This document shows positions 21,575-32,330 of a DNA stretch of 64,000 bases, one piece after another. Made by a program: the position numbers and the translations under genes. Under the pieces are notes generated by a model that saw only the letters and a program-made list of their open reading frames with translations, ran no database searches and was not told the DNA's origin. Position 1 is the stretch's first letter; the number at the start of each line of letters is the position of its first letter. The DNA is from an uncultured Chthonomonadaceae bacterium (GTDB lineage: Bacteria; Armatimonadota; Chthonomonadetes; Chthonomonadales; Chthonomonadaceae): NCBI GenBank assembly GCA_963817895.1, contig CAWFQB010000005.1:608001-672000 (forward strand). The letters are read 5' to 3'.

Positions 21575-23377
21575 ATGAAGCAGAGCGATTCATCCTTCAT
21601 CCTGCATCCTTACATCCTTATTCGAACCGCCGTCTGGGAACGCGCCACCCTGCTGTTCCTGATTGTCACGTCCCTTCTGCGCCTGACGCAGTTATGGCGC
21701 GTGGAACTTGCGCCGGACGAGGCGTACTATTGGGACTGGTCACGGCAACTGGCGTGGGGCTATTACGATCAGGGGCCGATGATCGGCTATGTGATTCGCC
21801 TGACAACCCTGCTGTTCGGAACCAATGAGTTCGGGGTACGCATTGGCGTCTGGGCCGCCTCGCTGGGCGCATTGATTTGCGCGTATGTGCTGGCGAGGCG
21901 CGTTTTCTCGCCGTTCGCCGGATTTCTCACCGTTGTTCTGCTCGGCGCGACGCCCCTGATGGCAGTCGGCAGCCTGATTGCCACCTACGATCCGCCGCTC
22001 GTGTTCTTCTGGGCGCTTGGCGCTGGTGTTTCTGGAACGCGCCCTGTTTCGGCACCTCTGAAGCCGGAGCAGAAACGCGCCTGGCTTTGGGCGGGGCTGG
22101 CAGTCGGGCTGGGATTTCTCAGCAAGCATACCATGCTGCTGATTGTGCCCTGCCTGCTGCTGTTTCTTGTCGTTTCGCCCCCGCATCGCAAATGGCTGCG
22201 CCGTCCCGAACCTTATGTCGCCTTTGCCCTCACTCTGCTGCTGTACACCGGCGTCTTCTGGTGGAACGCGCAGCACCACTGGTGGACATTCGGGCATCTG
22301 GGCTATCTGGCCTACAAAACCAAACACACCCCGCTCTCCCGACTGGGCGAATTCATCGGCTCTCAGGCGCTGCTGCTCGGCCCCGGCTTATTTCTGGCCT
22401 GCGTTGCTGTCGGTGTTCAGGTATTCAGGTGTTCAGGTATTCGGGTAGTTCGGATACGCACAGTCTATCCCCAACGCAACTGCAACAAGCGATTTTCCGA
22501 CACAACAAATTCTTGAACACCTGAATACCCGAACACCTGAATACCTGAACACCGCCTCCCCTCAACTCCTTTTCCTCTTCTGTCACGGCTTCCCCGTCCT
22601 GCTTTTCTTCTGCCTGATGGCCTTGCGGTCACAGGTACAGGCGAATTGGGCGCCCTGCGCGTGGATTACGCCGACAATTTTATGGGCAGGCTGGGCAGCG
22701 GGAAACTAGAAGAGAAGAAAAGGAGAAGAGGAGAAGAGGAGACGAGGGAAACAGCGACCTCCCCCACCCTGCGCCCATTTCGCCCACGCGCCCGCTGCTA
22801 ATCTTGCGGGCGCAATTGAAAATCGAAAATCGAAAGTCGAAATCGCGTTCGCTATCAACTATCAGCTATTCTCGTCACAAGCGCTTTGCTGACACTGCTG
22901 ATGTTGTCGCCGGAATTGCGGGAAGCGGTGGGATTGCGATTACAGCCGAAAGACGATGTGACCGTTCAGATGTACGGGTGGCGCAGTCTGGCCGCGCATG
23001 TGCAGGAATTGCGGCAGGAGATGGGGCGGAGGGGCAGCCGGTATTTGTCGCGGGCAACGGCTATCAATACTGCGCTCTGATGGGCTTTTACCTGCCCGAC
23101 CATCCTCTTGCCTGCGATATGTTCCTGCACTGGCGGCTTACCATGTACGCCGCGCATGTGGAACGCCTGAAACCGCATCTTGGCGACAACGCCATTTTCA
23201 TCAACGACGGCGAATCGGATGCCAGCGATCTGCGCCAGAGTTTTGAGCGCGTGGAATGGGACCCGCCCTTTCCCATCCGTCGCGCGGGCAATCCCGAACC
23301 TATCCGGTTCGTTCACGTTGTTCGCTGCTACGGCTATCGGACGCTATAACGGGTTAGAGTGGTCGGTAGGAGGGTAA
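21575..23377 (+). CDS. Glycosyltransferase family 39 (ArnT/PMT-like) membrane protein, frameshifted, with repeat insertions
   Basis: LAPDEAYYWDWSRQLAWGYYDQGP, GLGFLSKHT and QANWAP motifs; many TM segments. Confidence 0.85.
22413..22553. repeat. Octamer repeat palindrome (GTGTTCAG/GTATTCAG)n...(CTGAACAC/CTGAATAC)n inside the GT39 gene
   Basis: Left arm about 22413-22453, right arm about 22514-22553. Confidence 0.85.
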
Positions 23378-23385
23378 TAAATCAT

Positions 23386-23494
23386 GTAGGGGCGCTGCTT
23401 GCCGCGCCCTCGTTTAAGAGGGGTTCCACTTATTGAGGAGGGTTCAGCAAGCAGAACCCCTACAAGAGGAGGGTTCTGCAAGCAGAACCCCTAC
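23386..23494. repeat. GTAG-type REP cluster
   Basis: GTAGGGGCGCTGCTTGCCGCGCCCT followed by two inverted copies AGGGTTCWGCAAGCAGAACCCCTAC between convergent genes. Confidence 0.8.
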
Positions 23495-24103
23495 AACGCG
23501 CTCTACTTGATAACCACCTGCGTTGTCGTGGAGGGACGTTCGCCTAAAAGCCGCCAGCGTTGCCGTGAGCGTGTAGGTTCCGGCTTTGAGGGATCCGCCC
23601 TCGATGCCGTCGGTTTGGCGGGTAAGGTTTCGGTAAACGTCAGGGATTTGCCGGGTTCCAGCTTTCGTGCTGACATCATCTGCGCGAACATGTGGCCTTT
23701 CGCCCATTGCCAGACGATTTTGCCGTCCGGTTTGACGCCTTCGCGCAGCATAAAATCGTACTGTTGCCCGCTGCTGAAATTCAGAGTCATGGTTTGGGCC
23801 GTGATGTTCTTCGCGGTCAAGCGTGAATTTAATTGCCGTCCCTACCACATATGTCTTCTTATCCGTTGTGACGGACAATGCCAGAGGTTTGAGTCGGTTT
23901 GGCTTCGGAGCCTGCCATTATGCCGCGAAGAGCCGCCTCCTTTGTGCTGATTTTGGGTTCATTTTGCCGGAAGATTGCTGCCCCGATTGGTTTTTATCTT
24001 CCGAAGTCTGCGCCAGCACAATGCTTTGCGCCATGACCATTCCCATTGCCGCCATAGCCAGCCGGTTTACGCCCCGTTTGTTGCCAAATTGCATCCCGCT
24101 CAT
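23444..24103 (-). CDS. Secreted BsuPI (intracellular proteinase inhibitor-like) domain protein, frameshifted
   Basis: TLNFSSGQQYDF...VWQWAKGHMFAQMM...LEPG; signal peptide RLAMAAMGMVMAQSIVLA; ends approximate. Confidence 0.7.
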
Positions 24104-24172
24104 CGTAGTCCTCCGCCTTTACTTTCCATCCCAACACCGAACACTGAACACCGAACACCGAACACCGAGAAT

Positions 24173-24639
24173 TTATTTCCCCGGAACCGGCATCCCCATG
24201 CTTTTGTAGATGGTTTCGATCTGCTGCTTTTCCGCCAGGCTTGGCGCGTGTTTGGGGTCTACTGCCAGCACTTTGCGGTACATGGCGAGGGCGGCGCGAT
24301 AACGCACGGTGGGAGGCAGTTTGTCGCCGTATTCCGCCGCGTGTCCGAATTTGTACGCCGCGTCCACAAAGGCTTTTTTCGCGGCAGGGTCTTTGGGCGT
24401 TTTTTTCAGTTTGGCTTCCGCCGCGTCCGAGGCTTTGGCAAGCGGAACCAGACTTTTATCCTGTTGCGGAGCCATTTTCGCGGCTTCGTCCAGCGTCATG
24501 GACTTATGCCCCGCGCCGCCTGCAAACGGCGGAGCCATGCCGCCCCCGCCCTGCGGCCCGCCCTGCGCCCCCGCCATCGAGGGGCGCGGCCAATGCCAAG
24601 TCGCCAGCCAGCGCCATATCTCCAATATGAAGTTCGCAT
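24173..24639 (-). CDS. Secreted hypothetical protein with TPR-like helix pair
   Basis: KLPPTVRYRAALAMYRKVLAVDPKH...IETIYKSMGMPVP; ATG at 24639 after a GGAAAGGA RBS, frameshift in the signal region. Confidence 0.65.
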
Positions 24640-24871
24640 AATTGTAATGTCCTTTCCCGAATCGCGCCAACCTGCCGCGCAATGTCCGGCAAGATGATTT
24701 TGTTTATTGTTGGCTTGTATTCATCCTACGCGGCGTGGCAGCAAGCGTGACCACAATACCGCGCAAGTTCTCTATGTAAGGATACATCAAAATCGGCGCT
24801 TCGGCACAAGCGGCAAGCCGGACATAATGCGCCCTTTCCGCCTGCGGTATACTTACTGCGGAGAGTAACTT

Positions 24872-24983
24872 TTCACCACCAAGACACAAAGAACACCAAG
24901 GGGAAAGAAGAAAAACTTCTCAGTCAATCCTATATTGTGTTTAGCCTTGCATTTCATGGTGTACTTGGCGTCTTGGTGGTGAA
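24872..24983. repeat. 9-mer repeat palindrome TTCACCACCAAG...CTTGGTGGTGAA
   Basis: Same family as 57644-57771 and the single arm near 15570-15596. Confidence 0.85.
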
Positions 24984-25019
24984 GATACGTTCAATTCGAT
25001 TTGCCTGAAGGAGTTCGCA

Positions 25020-26613
25020 ATGCCCTTAATTCGCTTGAAATACGCGACAATGTTTTAAAACGGTTCTCAGAAACGCTGTTTCCGCTTGCCGCGCTTTCCT
25101 TCCTGTTTCCCGGTTCTGTTTTGGCCGAAAAGCCTGCCGCGCCGCCTGCCGTTCCTAAAGAGGTTCACCTGACGATACTGCATACCAATGATACGCACGG
25201 GCATCTGCTGCCTTACAGTTACCCGGACACTTTTGACGCCGCCAATCCCGATTTCCCTGCTGAAAACGCGCCGCAATATCGGCGGCGCGGCGCGACGCGC
25301 TACGCTTGTCAATGCCGTTCGGCGCGAAAAGGATCATGCCACGCTGCTGATTGACGCGGGCGACATTTGTGACGGCACGCCGTTTTCCACCGAATATCAT
25401 GGCGACGCGGACATACAGGCCATGAACGGCGCTGGGCTACGATCTCGCCTGCCCCGGCAACCACGAGTACAGCAACACGCTGGCGCAGGTACAGAAACTC
25501 ATCGGCGAAGCGAAGTTCCCCCTCCTTTCCGCCAACTCCATTGTGAAAGCGACCGGCAAACTGCTGTATCAGCCGTATGTGATTCGCGAAATCAACGGCG
25601 TCAAAATCGCGTTTTTCGGCCTGCTGACGTATGATGCCCGTACCTACCCGCCGCCCGAACCGAATTGGAAATGACCGAGCCTATTGCCGCCGCGCTGAAA
25701 CTGGTTCCCGAACTGCGCAAACAGGCCGATCTGGTTGTCGCCGTCACGCACATCGGCGTGGACGAAGATATTAAAATGGCCGCAACCGTGCCGGGTATTG
25801 ACTTGATCGTGGGCGGACATTCGCATACCCTGCTGCCGGAACCCCTGCTGATTCCCCATCCTTCGGAAACCATGCCCAACTCCGTGCATGGAACCATGAT
25901 TGTGCAGGATTTTCAGTGGGCGGGAACTCTGGGACGCCTTGACCTCACCCTGCATCGAGAACGACGATAAGACCTGGCACATCGCGAAATACAAGGGAAA
26001 ACTGCTGCCCGTCACGTCCGCCACGCCCGAAGACGCGCAGGTGCGGGGTATCGTAGACGGGTTCTGGAACCCGATCAAAGCAAAATACGGCGCGATTGTC
26101 GGGGAAGCGACAGGGGATTTCGCGCATAAGGGGCCGGATTACGCCGAATACAATCTGGTTGCGGACGCTATTCGCGAGCAGTTGGGGCTGGAGTTCGACA
26201 TTGAGAACATGGGCGGCGTTCGCGCTCCCCTCGCGAAAGGGGCGATTGCCTATGGGGATATGGTCAGCATGGACCCGTTCGGCAACACCATCGTCACGTT
26301 CCGGGCGACAGGACGGCAACTCAAAGACATACTGGCAAAAAACCGTCCCGCCGTATCCGGCATCCGCTACAAATACGCGAACGGGCAACTGACCGAAGCT
26401 ACCATTGGCGGCAAGCCGATTGAGGACGAGCGCGTGTATTCCGGCGCAACCAACAACTACTACGCCCGCTTCATCCTGACCGACATCGCCAACAAAACCG
26501 AAACCACAACCCCGCGTCTGGAAACTGTCCTCGCCTACGTCCGCGCCCACAAATCTATTCAGCCCCTCTACGATGGCAGGCGCGTCCTCGTCGGCATCAG
26601 CGATTACGATTAA
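25020..26613 (+). CDS. Bifunctional metallophosphatase / 5'-nucleotidase, frameshifted
   Basis: LHTNDTHG, DAGD, GNHE, GGHSH, NMGGVR and PFGN motifs. Confidence 0.9.
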
Positions 26614-26619
26614 CGCTGC

Positions 26620-26756
26620 TAAGAGCGTATAGAAAAAGTCCATATTTGCATCAACAAGGCCGTTCGCAATCTGAAATTCAGCCTGCGACGATAGTTCAAA
26701 AGATGCCGCTAAGCGGTAAAAGTGGTTCGGTTCGAGACTTTTTTTAAACCCTCTAA
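26620..26756. mobile_element. MITE-like remnant with IS5-like terminal inverted repeats
   Basis: AGAGCGTATAGAAAAAGTC (26622-26640) vs GACTTTTTTTAAACCCTCT (26736-26754), 16/19 complementary; TAA on both flanks; no ORF. Confidence 0.5.
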
Positions 26757-26775
26757 GAGCCTATTCCAATAGGTT

Positions 26776-26822
26776 CCCCTTCTCCCAAGCTTTTTTGGGA
26801 GAAGGGGTTAGGGGTTGAGGGC
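26776..26822. repeat. CCCCTTCTCCC...GGGAGAAGGGG REP-like hairpin
   Basis: Near-identical to 3621-3668; related to 50209-50268 and 61788-61832. Confidence 0.8.
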
Positions 26823-26903
26823 CACTTGCACTCTTATTTGAACGGTTGTGTTCGCCACCAATAGCACTCGTTGTGGTATCCCACCCGAAAGGGGATAGAG
26901 ACA

Positions 26904-27839
26904 TCAACTCCGGCGCGCGATGGCCTTCGCCTTTGCCAGCGCCGTCTTCGCCACCGTCAGCGCATCCTGCTTCCAGTACTCCTTATTGAACAGTTCCACG
27001 GAGAGCGATCCCTCATAACCCATCTCACGCAGCAGCTTGAACAACTCCGTCAACGGCGCGATGCCGTCGCCGGGATAGACCCGATCCGCATCCGTGATGG
27101 TCGCCTGAGGCAGTGCGGGATAGTCGTTCAAATGGAAATGGTTCACAGCGGTTTTGGTCAGCAGCTTCAATCCGGCCAGCGGCGAGCCGCCCTTATAAAG
27201 ATGATACACGTCCGGCAGCACACAGGCTTTCGGATGCCCGCTCTGGATGGCGACCTGGGCCGCCTCCCCCAGGCGTGTCAGGGACTTGGAGAATCCCCAC
27301 ACCTCGACCATCGGGATCACTCCCAGCGAATCGCCGATCTCACACAGCGCATGATACCGCTCCGCCGCCGCCGTCAGGTTTAAATCGCTCTGTTCGGTCG
27401 CCCCCGCAGGAGGCGCAGCAAGCCGCTTTCCGCCGATTTGCCGCAGCAGGTCCATGTCCCGCCTGGCAGCCTCCAGCCCCTTTTTGCGCCGCTGCGGATC
27501 GTCCACGATCCACTCCGCAAAGCCAATCCCGCTCGCCACCTCCAGCCCATGATCCGCGATCCGCTTATGCAAATCCTTTAAGGAGCCGCCCCCTTCCACA
27601 TACTTCTCGATCTCGTTGATCCATGGCTCAATCGCCACATACCCGGCTTTCGCCGCGATTTCGATCTCCTCCACCATCCCGAGCTTCTGCCCCATGAGCG
27701 TGCTGGTATTCAGACAGAACCGGAATCCGCCTGACTTCGGCGCTCCCGCCACACCTGTCGTCACGCCTATCTCCGTAGCCACCCCCAGTGCGACGACGCC
27801 CACCCCCAGCATCTCACGCCGGGTCAACGGCTGTTTCAT
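26904..27839 (-). CDS. Sugar phosphate isomerase/epimerase (xylose isomerase-like TIM barrel) with Tat-like leader
   Basis: LTRREMLG leader; EVWGF, DVYHLY, HLND, RVYPGDG and SVELFN motifs. Confidence 0.9.
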   Translation of the reverse strand: MKQPLTRREMLGVGVVALGVATEIGVTTGVAGAPKSGGFRFCLNTSTLMGQKLGMVEEIEIAAKAGYVAIEPWINEIEKYVEGGGSLKDLHKRIADHGLEVASGIGFAEWIVDDPQRRKKGLEAARRDMDLLRQIGGKRLAAPPAGATEQSDLNLTAAAERYHALCEIGDSLGVIPMVEVWGFSKSLTRLGEAAQVAIQSGHPKACVLPDVYHLYKGGSPLAGLKLLTKTAVNHFHLNDYPALPQATITDADRVYPGDGIAPLTELFKLLREMGYEGSLSVELFNKEYWKQDALTVAKTALAKAKAIARRS

Positions 27840-27884
27840 AAGTACAAATTCTGGAGACCCCGGCTTTACCGGAACTCATTCCAG

Positions 27885-28229
27885 TTAGCATGGGGAGGAA
27901 TGGATTTCCTGTTCAGACTTCGGCTGTAGTCCTTCCCTGCGGGTGGACGCCCGGCCGTATATCGTCTCAACCTCCGGTTCTCCTTTCGTTAGTTTTGTGC
28001 GTGTATTGCTTGTGGACTCGTACCAACGGCCTTCTGCCGTCTGGTAGAAGGCCGTTATCTGCTTCCGGTGTCTGCTTCGGCTTCTCTGCTGCACGGCCTG
28101 TTGGCTTGCTTGCCGTTCCTGTTGTGCGTTGTGCGTGGCGTCTCCTACTGCCCCGGCCTTGCTTGCGGCCTGCCGTGTTCCCGACCTGAACGCCGCAAGC
28201 CCCTCCGACGGGGAAGAGGCTTGTGACAT
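27885..28229 (-). pseudogene. Decayed small HTH/excisionase-like gene fragment(s)
   Basis: EVETIYGR..RRE and QTAEGRWY segments resemble excisionase-type wing motifs; GC-rich spacer at the island edge. Confidence 0.3.
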
Positions 28230-28271
28230 TTGTGCCTGCGTTAGAGGAATGGGTTGAACGCAACCATATTT

Positions 28272-29615
28272 CTAATTAGACTTATCTCTTAGAACTTGCT
28301 GTATGCGTCGCGGTAGAGTTGGTGCTAACAAAGCACGCAGTTGTATAATGGTCAAACGTGCTGTCGAGCTATTTACAATCTCCATTACACTAGTTTCTCG
28401 GTCATCTGGCAATATTCCACTTTTAAATATCTTCTCTATTAGAGAACGAACCGCCCACCGGTCGCTCTCATAGGCTAAACGCCAGAGTTCTCTCAAACAA
28501 TTTATACGTAAGTCTGAGGACGAAACAGTCCGATAAACACGGTCAAGTACACGTCCGAAATCGTTGGCCCCCTCGAAAGGCCATCGTGTTGTGCCTAAGC
28601 ATTCCTCCACACGCTCAATGTAAACTTTCACAAATGCTCCAATAGAATTTCCAACAACCGAATAGTACGCTTGTACGTTCTCATCGTTGTTTAGTATACG
28701 TGCTATCGGCTCCAAATAATCATGGTATACGTGAAATGTGTACTCTCCTGCTATCGCAAACCGATGAAAGTCGTGCCAATCTATCGGGGTTGAGCCATCA
28801 GCATAAGCGCTTACACGTTCGCCCACAGTCAGTTCATCACTTCTACTAAGCATTTCTTTGAGAGAGTTGTAAGCATCAGTAAATGCTTCTATATCTGCGT
28901 ACCGATCCTCTGGCAGATTTTCCGTTGCCTTGATGATTACTGGGCCAAAGTCACAAATTTGGTATGTACGTGGACTGCGCCCCGTGCAAATATAGTTAAG
29001 TACCTTTCCAAGCGAGAATATTTCACTTCGTACAGTTGCTTGCGTTAGGCTCTCCATCTGCTCTGGCGCGGTAAAAGAGAGTTGACCGTAGTTGCCCTGT
29101 GCCGTCTTAGTATGAGCAGACAGGGACTCCCAATTCTTACCCAAACCAAAGTCCGCGACTTTCACTTGGAATGAGCTATCGGCGAGCAAAAACAAGAGTA
29201 TGTTTTTAGGCCCAAGGTCGCGGTGCAAGACAGAATTCTGATGAGCATGGGTGATAGCAGCGAGAACAGCATCAAATAAAGCTATTCGGCTCTGAAGAGA
29301 AATCTTGGAGTTGTTCCGTTGAAGGTAATCTTCAAGGTTGGAGGATGCATAAGGCATTACATACCAATTGCAGCCATCGTCCAAGCCCTTATCTAAGACA
29401 GTCACGATATTCTGATGCGGAGCTAGTCTTTCTAGCAATTCAACTTCTCGGCGGAACCGGAGGACGTAATTCGCGTTATTTTCATGCTCTATTTTAAGTT
29501 GCTTGAAAGCAACTATTTCTCCAGTAATGCTATCCTCACATCCGGTCACATCAGCAAAATAGCCCGAGCGAGGAGAATATTTTTGTTTATATCGCTTGTT
29601 GGCTTGCATTACCAC
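28272..29615 (-). CDS. Serine/threonine protein kinase with helical C-terminal domain
   Basis: VAFKQL, RFRREVELL, HRDLGPKNIL, VADFGLGK, TAPEQ and SEIFSLG; intact, AT-richer. Confidence 0.9.
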   Translation of the reverse strand: MVMQANKRYKQKYSPRSGYFADVTGCEDSITGEIVAFKQLKIEHENNANYVLRFRREVELLERLAPHQNIVTVLDKGLDDGCNWYVMPYASSNLEDYLQRNNSKISLQSRIALFDAVLAAITHAHQNSVLHRDLGPKNILLFLLADSSFQVKVADFGLGKNWESLSAHTKTAQGNYGQLSFTAPEQMESLTQATVRSEIFSLGKVLNYICTGRSPRTYQICDFGPVIIKATENLPEDRYADIEAFTDAYNSLKEMLSRSDELTVGERVSAYADGSTPIDWHDFHRFAIAGEYTFHVYHDYLEPIARILNNDENVQAYYSVVGNSIGAFVKVYIERVEECLGTTRWPFEGANDFGRVLDRVYRTVSSSDLRINCLRELWRLAYESDRWAVRSLIEKIFKSGILPDDRETSVMEIVNSSTARLTIIQLRALLAPTLPRRIQQVLRDKSN

Positions 29616-29805
29616 TGGAACCTTGTCCTTTCATTATCCCTGAGAACGTGTGTACTCATCACTGGCTTCCGGTTCGCACTCCCCTTCGGCCTGCCTCTGT
29701 TGACGCAGGAGGTACGCGGAACAATTATTCTTATTGTTCAAACTCTGTCCAGATTGAAGGCCATTCTTGTTGTAACTTCTTGCACCTGCCGGAGTTATAA
29801 AAACG

Positions 29806-30690
29806 CTATTCGTTTGCAAATGGGTCGGACTCGTCTAGGTCATCATCAACTGGCGGCGGAGCGGGTTTACGTCCGCCTGTACTTGGCTTAGACCATTTCA
29901 AACTAGGCGAATCCAATTCATATATAATATCTCGCGGCTGGTTGAAATCAATAACTACCCCGACTTTCCCGGACTGTGTAGCTTCAAACCTAACTACCTT
30001 GCCCTCACCGTAACGTTGTGTGAGAACGGTGTTACCTACGAAGAAACGGCCAAAGTCTACTTCGCTTTCAGGAGTACGAACCGATGCAGGGTTGCGCACC
30101 AATATCAAACGACTAATTTCCAACACTTCTTCAATCATCTCTCGTTCAGAACGTATTGTGTTCCTTGGTACTACTGCATGAGATTGAATTGTTTGAGAGA
30201 CACGCACCTCTAAATCCGGCCACCACTTTTCAAAAGTGGTATCCAGAACGTTTTTTGACAGTCCTCGCTCTCCTAGTTCCCGGTTGAGCATGGAGACAAG
30301 TTTGTACATCTCATCGTGGTTGAAGGGGGCTGCTTGGAATTGTTGCAAAGGGCCGGTCAGGTCAGTTGTTGCAATTCCAAATAACAGTGGTACAACCTTT
30401 GAGGTGTCTATCTTCTTTGAAATTGCACCACCTTCAAAAAGCAACCAAGGGGATTGCAGGTTGTTGGATGTCAAGAACATCAACCCGTTCTCGGATTCTT
30501 CTAAATTTTTAGCGATGTCCGTAGACCATCGTGAGCCTTTTTCGACATCATCAGGAGAAAAAAACGGTTTAACCGCTTGAAGAACACTCGGCAGCCAATC
30601 ACTAAATATTTGAGCAATGCTTTTGCTTGGCTCACCTGACCAGCTAAGAAAGACGTGCATATCAAGATTACTCCGGTAGAGAAACGACAT
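29806..30690 (-). CDS. TIR domain protein with C-terminal Tudor-like domain and acidic PF tail
   Basis: VFLSWSG...KGSRW...PWLLFEGGA (TIR_2 with catalytic Glu); FFVGNTVLTQRYGEGKVV; terminus DDDLDESDPFANE; start 30690 or 30660. Confidence 0.9.
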   Translation of the reverse strand: MSFLYRSNLDMHVFLSWSGEPSKSIAQIFSDWLPSVLQAVKPFFSPDDVEKGSRWSTDIAKNLEESENGLMFLTSNNLQSPWLLFEGGAISKKIDTSKVVPLLFGIATTDLTGPLQQFQAAPFNHDEMYKLVSMLNRELGERGLSKNVLDTTFEKWWPDLEVRVSQTIQSHAVVPRNTIRSEREMIEEVLEISRLILVRNPASVRTPESEVDFGRFFVGNTVLTQRYGEGKVVRFEATQSGKVGVVIDFNQPRDIIYELDSPSLKWSKPSTGGRKPAPPPVDDDLDESDPFANE

Positions 30691-30888
30691 TCCTGTCGCC
30701 TCGGATATACTGCTAGACTACTGACGCAGGTACAGGGAGCAGTGGCGAGTGGCAAGTGGCGAGGACTTGCGTCTGTTCTCTTGCTCCTGCGCTCTGTTCG
30801 CCCTGTTGCCGTCCGCCTACGCTCCCGGCTTCATGTCCTGCCTCAATTCGGGCGGTTGAGGACTATTGTGGCTTCGAAACAGCAGCTT

Positions 30889-32127
30889 TCAACCACTTAT
30901 AGCATCCGATATAATAAATGGGGAGTGAATTAATTTTAGATTGTGTACCACCCAAGCGATTAATTTTATTTTGTAGCCTAATTCCTCGGAAGTTACTCTA
31001 CTTGAAGGGTCGTGAATTAAGATATTTCTTAGTTTGTTCAATTCCGAAATTTTTTCTGCGAGGCTTCTAGGAATACTTCCATCTATCACTAACATATCTA
31101 CCAATGTCCTCACAGTCATAGCATGAGGTTCTTTGCTTAAAGACAGACCTTTTTTGCTTGCTAATAGTAACAACTCTGTGTGCAATTCCTTCCAATTATC
31201 TACGAACCTTCCTAATAAGAAACTGGAATTGGCTGCTGCATCTTCTGCTACCAAGTCACGCTCATCCTCTGCTACGCTTACCTGTGGCAGTTTACTTAGA
31301 GCTTCTTCCAATTTCGGCTTAACTTCACCAATTAGTAGATCACACTGTTCAAGGTCGGATTTTGTGAAGCCAGAGTTATGGGCAATCATGCACCGATAAT
31401 CGTATAATTTATTCCATCGTGTGTTCAGCCAACCATCCTCACAGGCGACTAGACGCGAAAAATAGCGTTCCCAATTAGATTGAGGAACAATTGCCTTAAT
31501 TTCTTCAAGTTCCTCAATTGTATTCGCTTTCTTTAGTTTTGCATATATATCCTGATCTGTACTCTTAGAGTAGGGTCTGAGAAGAAAACGAGTAAGATCA
31601 ATGAAATCAATGGAGTACAAAATGGAGGCGCGTTCCTGACGTTGTTTGTTAGCCGCTTCTTTCACCTCTTGTGGAGTTGCTTCTGTAGCCCATTCTTTTC
31701 CTACAGTGATAAGCAGGAAGTTGGCGATAAGTTTCCGCATGAGATTTTCAATCTCATATATTTTTGTATATGCCTGTTTAGAGTAGTATAAAGCAATATC
31801 ATCCCACAACACTTCCAACTGCCCCTTTGCCATCCCCATAACAAGACCGCGAACTGCTTTCAACAGCAAGGTAAGTGCCTCAACCGCTTCTGAGACCACA
31901 CTTTCATCTGGATTTATTTTAAACTTTAATTGAAAGTAGCGTTGGTCTTTGCCACTGATCTCACCAGTGCCAATATGATAGCCGCACTGGAAATTGTTGT
32001 GATGAATATGGTTCCCCTTGACATGTATTGATGAGTCAACTTCTAAGAAGCGATTGAAGCCTGCAACGCTGTCACAGACCGAACTACTTTTAGGGAGTAT
32101 GACGGCGTATTCCACAACAATTTCCAT
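30889..32127 (-). CDS. HEPN-domain protein (Swt1-like HEPN plus second C-terminal HEPN-like motif)
   Basis: IYEIENLMRKLI...LYDYRCMIAHN (RxxxxH) and LNKLRNILIHD (RNxxxH); GGAGG RBS. Confidence 0.8.
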   Translation of the reverse strand: MEIVVEYAVILPKSSSVCDSVAGFNRFLEVDSSIHVKGNHIHHNNFQCGYHIGTGEISGKDQRYFQLKFKINPDESVVSEAVEALTLLLKAVRGLVMGMAKGQLEVLWDDIALYYSKQAYTKIYEIENLMRKLIANFLLITVGKEWATEATPQEVKEAANKQRQERASILYSIDFIDLTRFLLRPYSKSTDQDIYAKLKKANTIEELEEIKAIVPQSNWERYFSRLVACEDGWLNTRWNKLYDYRCMIAHNSGFTKSDLEQCDLLIGEVKPKLEEALSKLPQVSVAEDERDLVAEDAAANSSFLLGRFVDNWKELHTELLLLASKKGLSLSKEPHAMTVRTLVDMLVIDGSIPRSLAEKISELNKLRNILIHDPSSRVTSEELGYKIKLIAWVVHNLKLIHSPFIISDAISG

Positions 32128-32158
32128 TACGAACCCTCCAAGATTTCACACGGCGAAA

Positions 32159-32330
32159 TTACGCCTCTTGCTCACCCGTTGCCTGCTTCTCCCCGTTCCT
32201 CGGATACTTCCTCAGTTTGTACGCCTCTACCGACTGCCGGAACACGAGTCGCTTCCTTCTTCCGGTTCGCTCTGCCCTTCGGCTTTTCGCCACGAACGCG
32301 GGTGCGGGCTTTGTCTCTGTGCCTCTAGCC
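32159..32330 (-). pseudogene. 3' remnant of small HTH/AT-hook gene
   Basis: RKRLVFRQSVEAYKLRKYPRNGEKQ; 53/66 nt identical to 32684-32749. Confidence 0.5.

Noticed and set aside
29806..30690. TIR gene as Thoeris or CBASS
   Set aside because: No ThsA (SIR2/Macro), CD-NTase or STING/SAVED partner nearby
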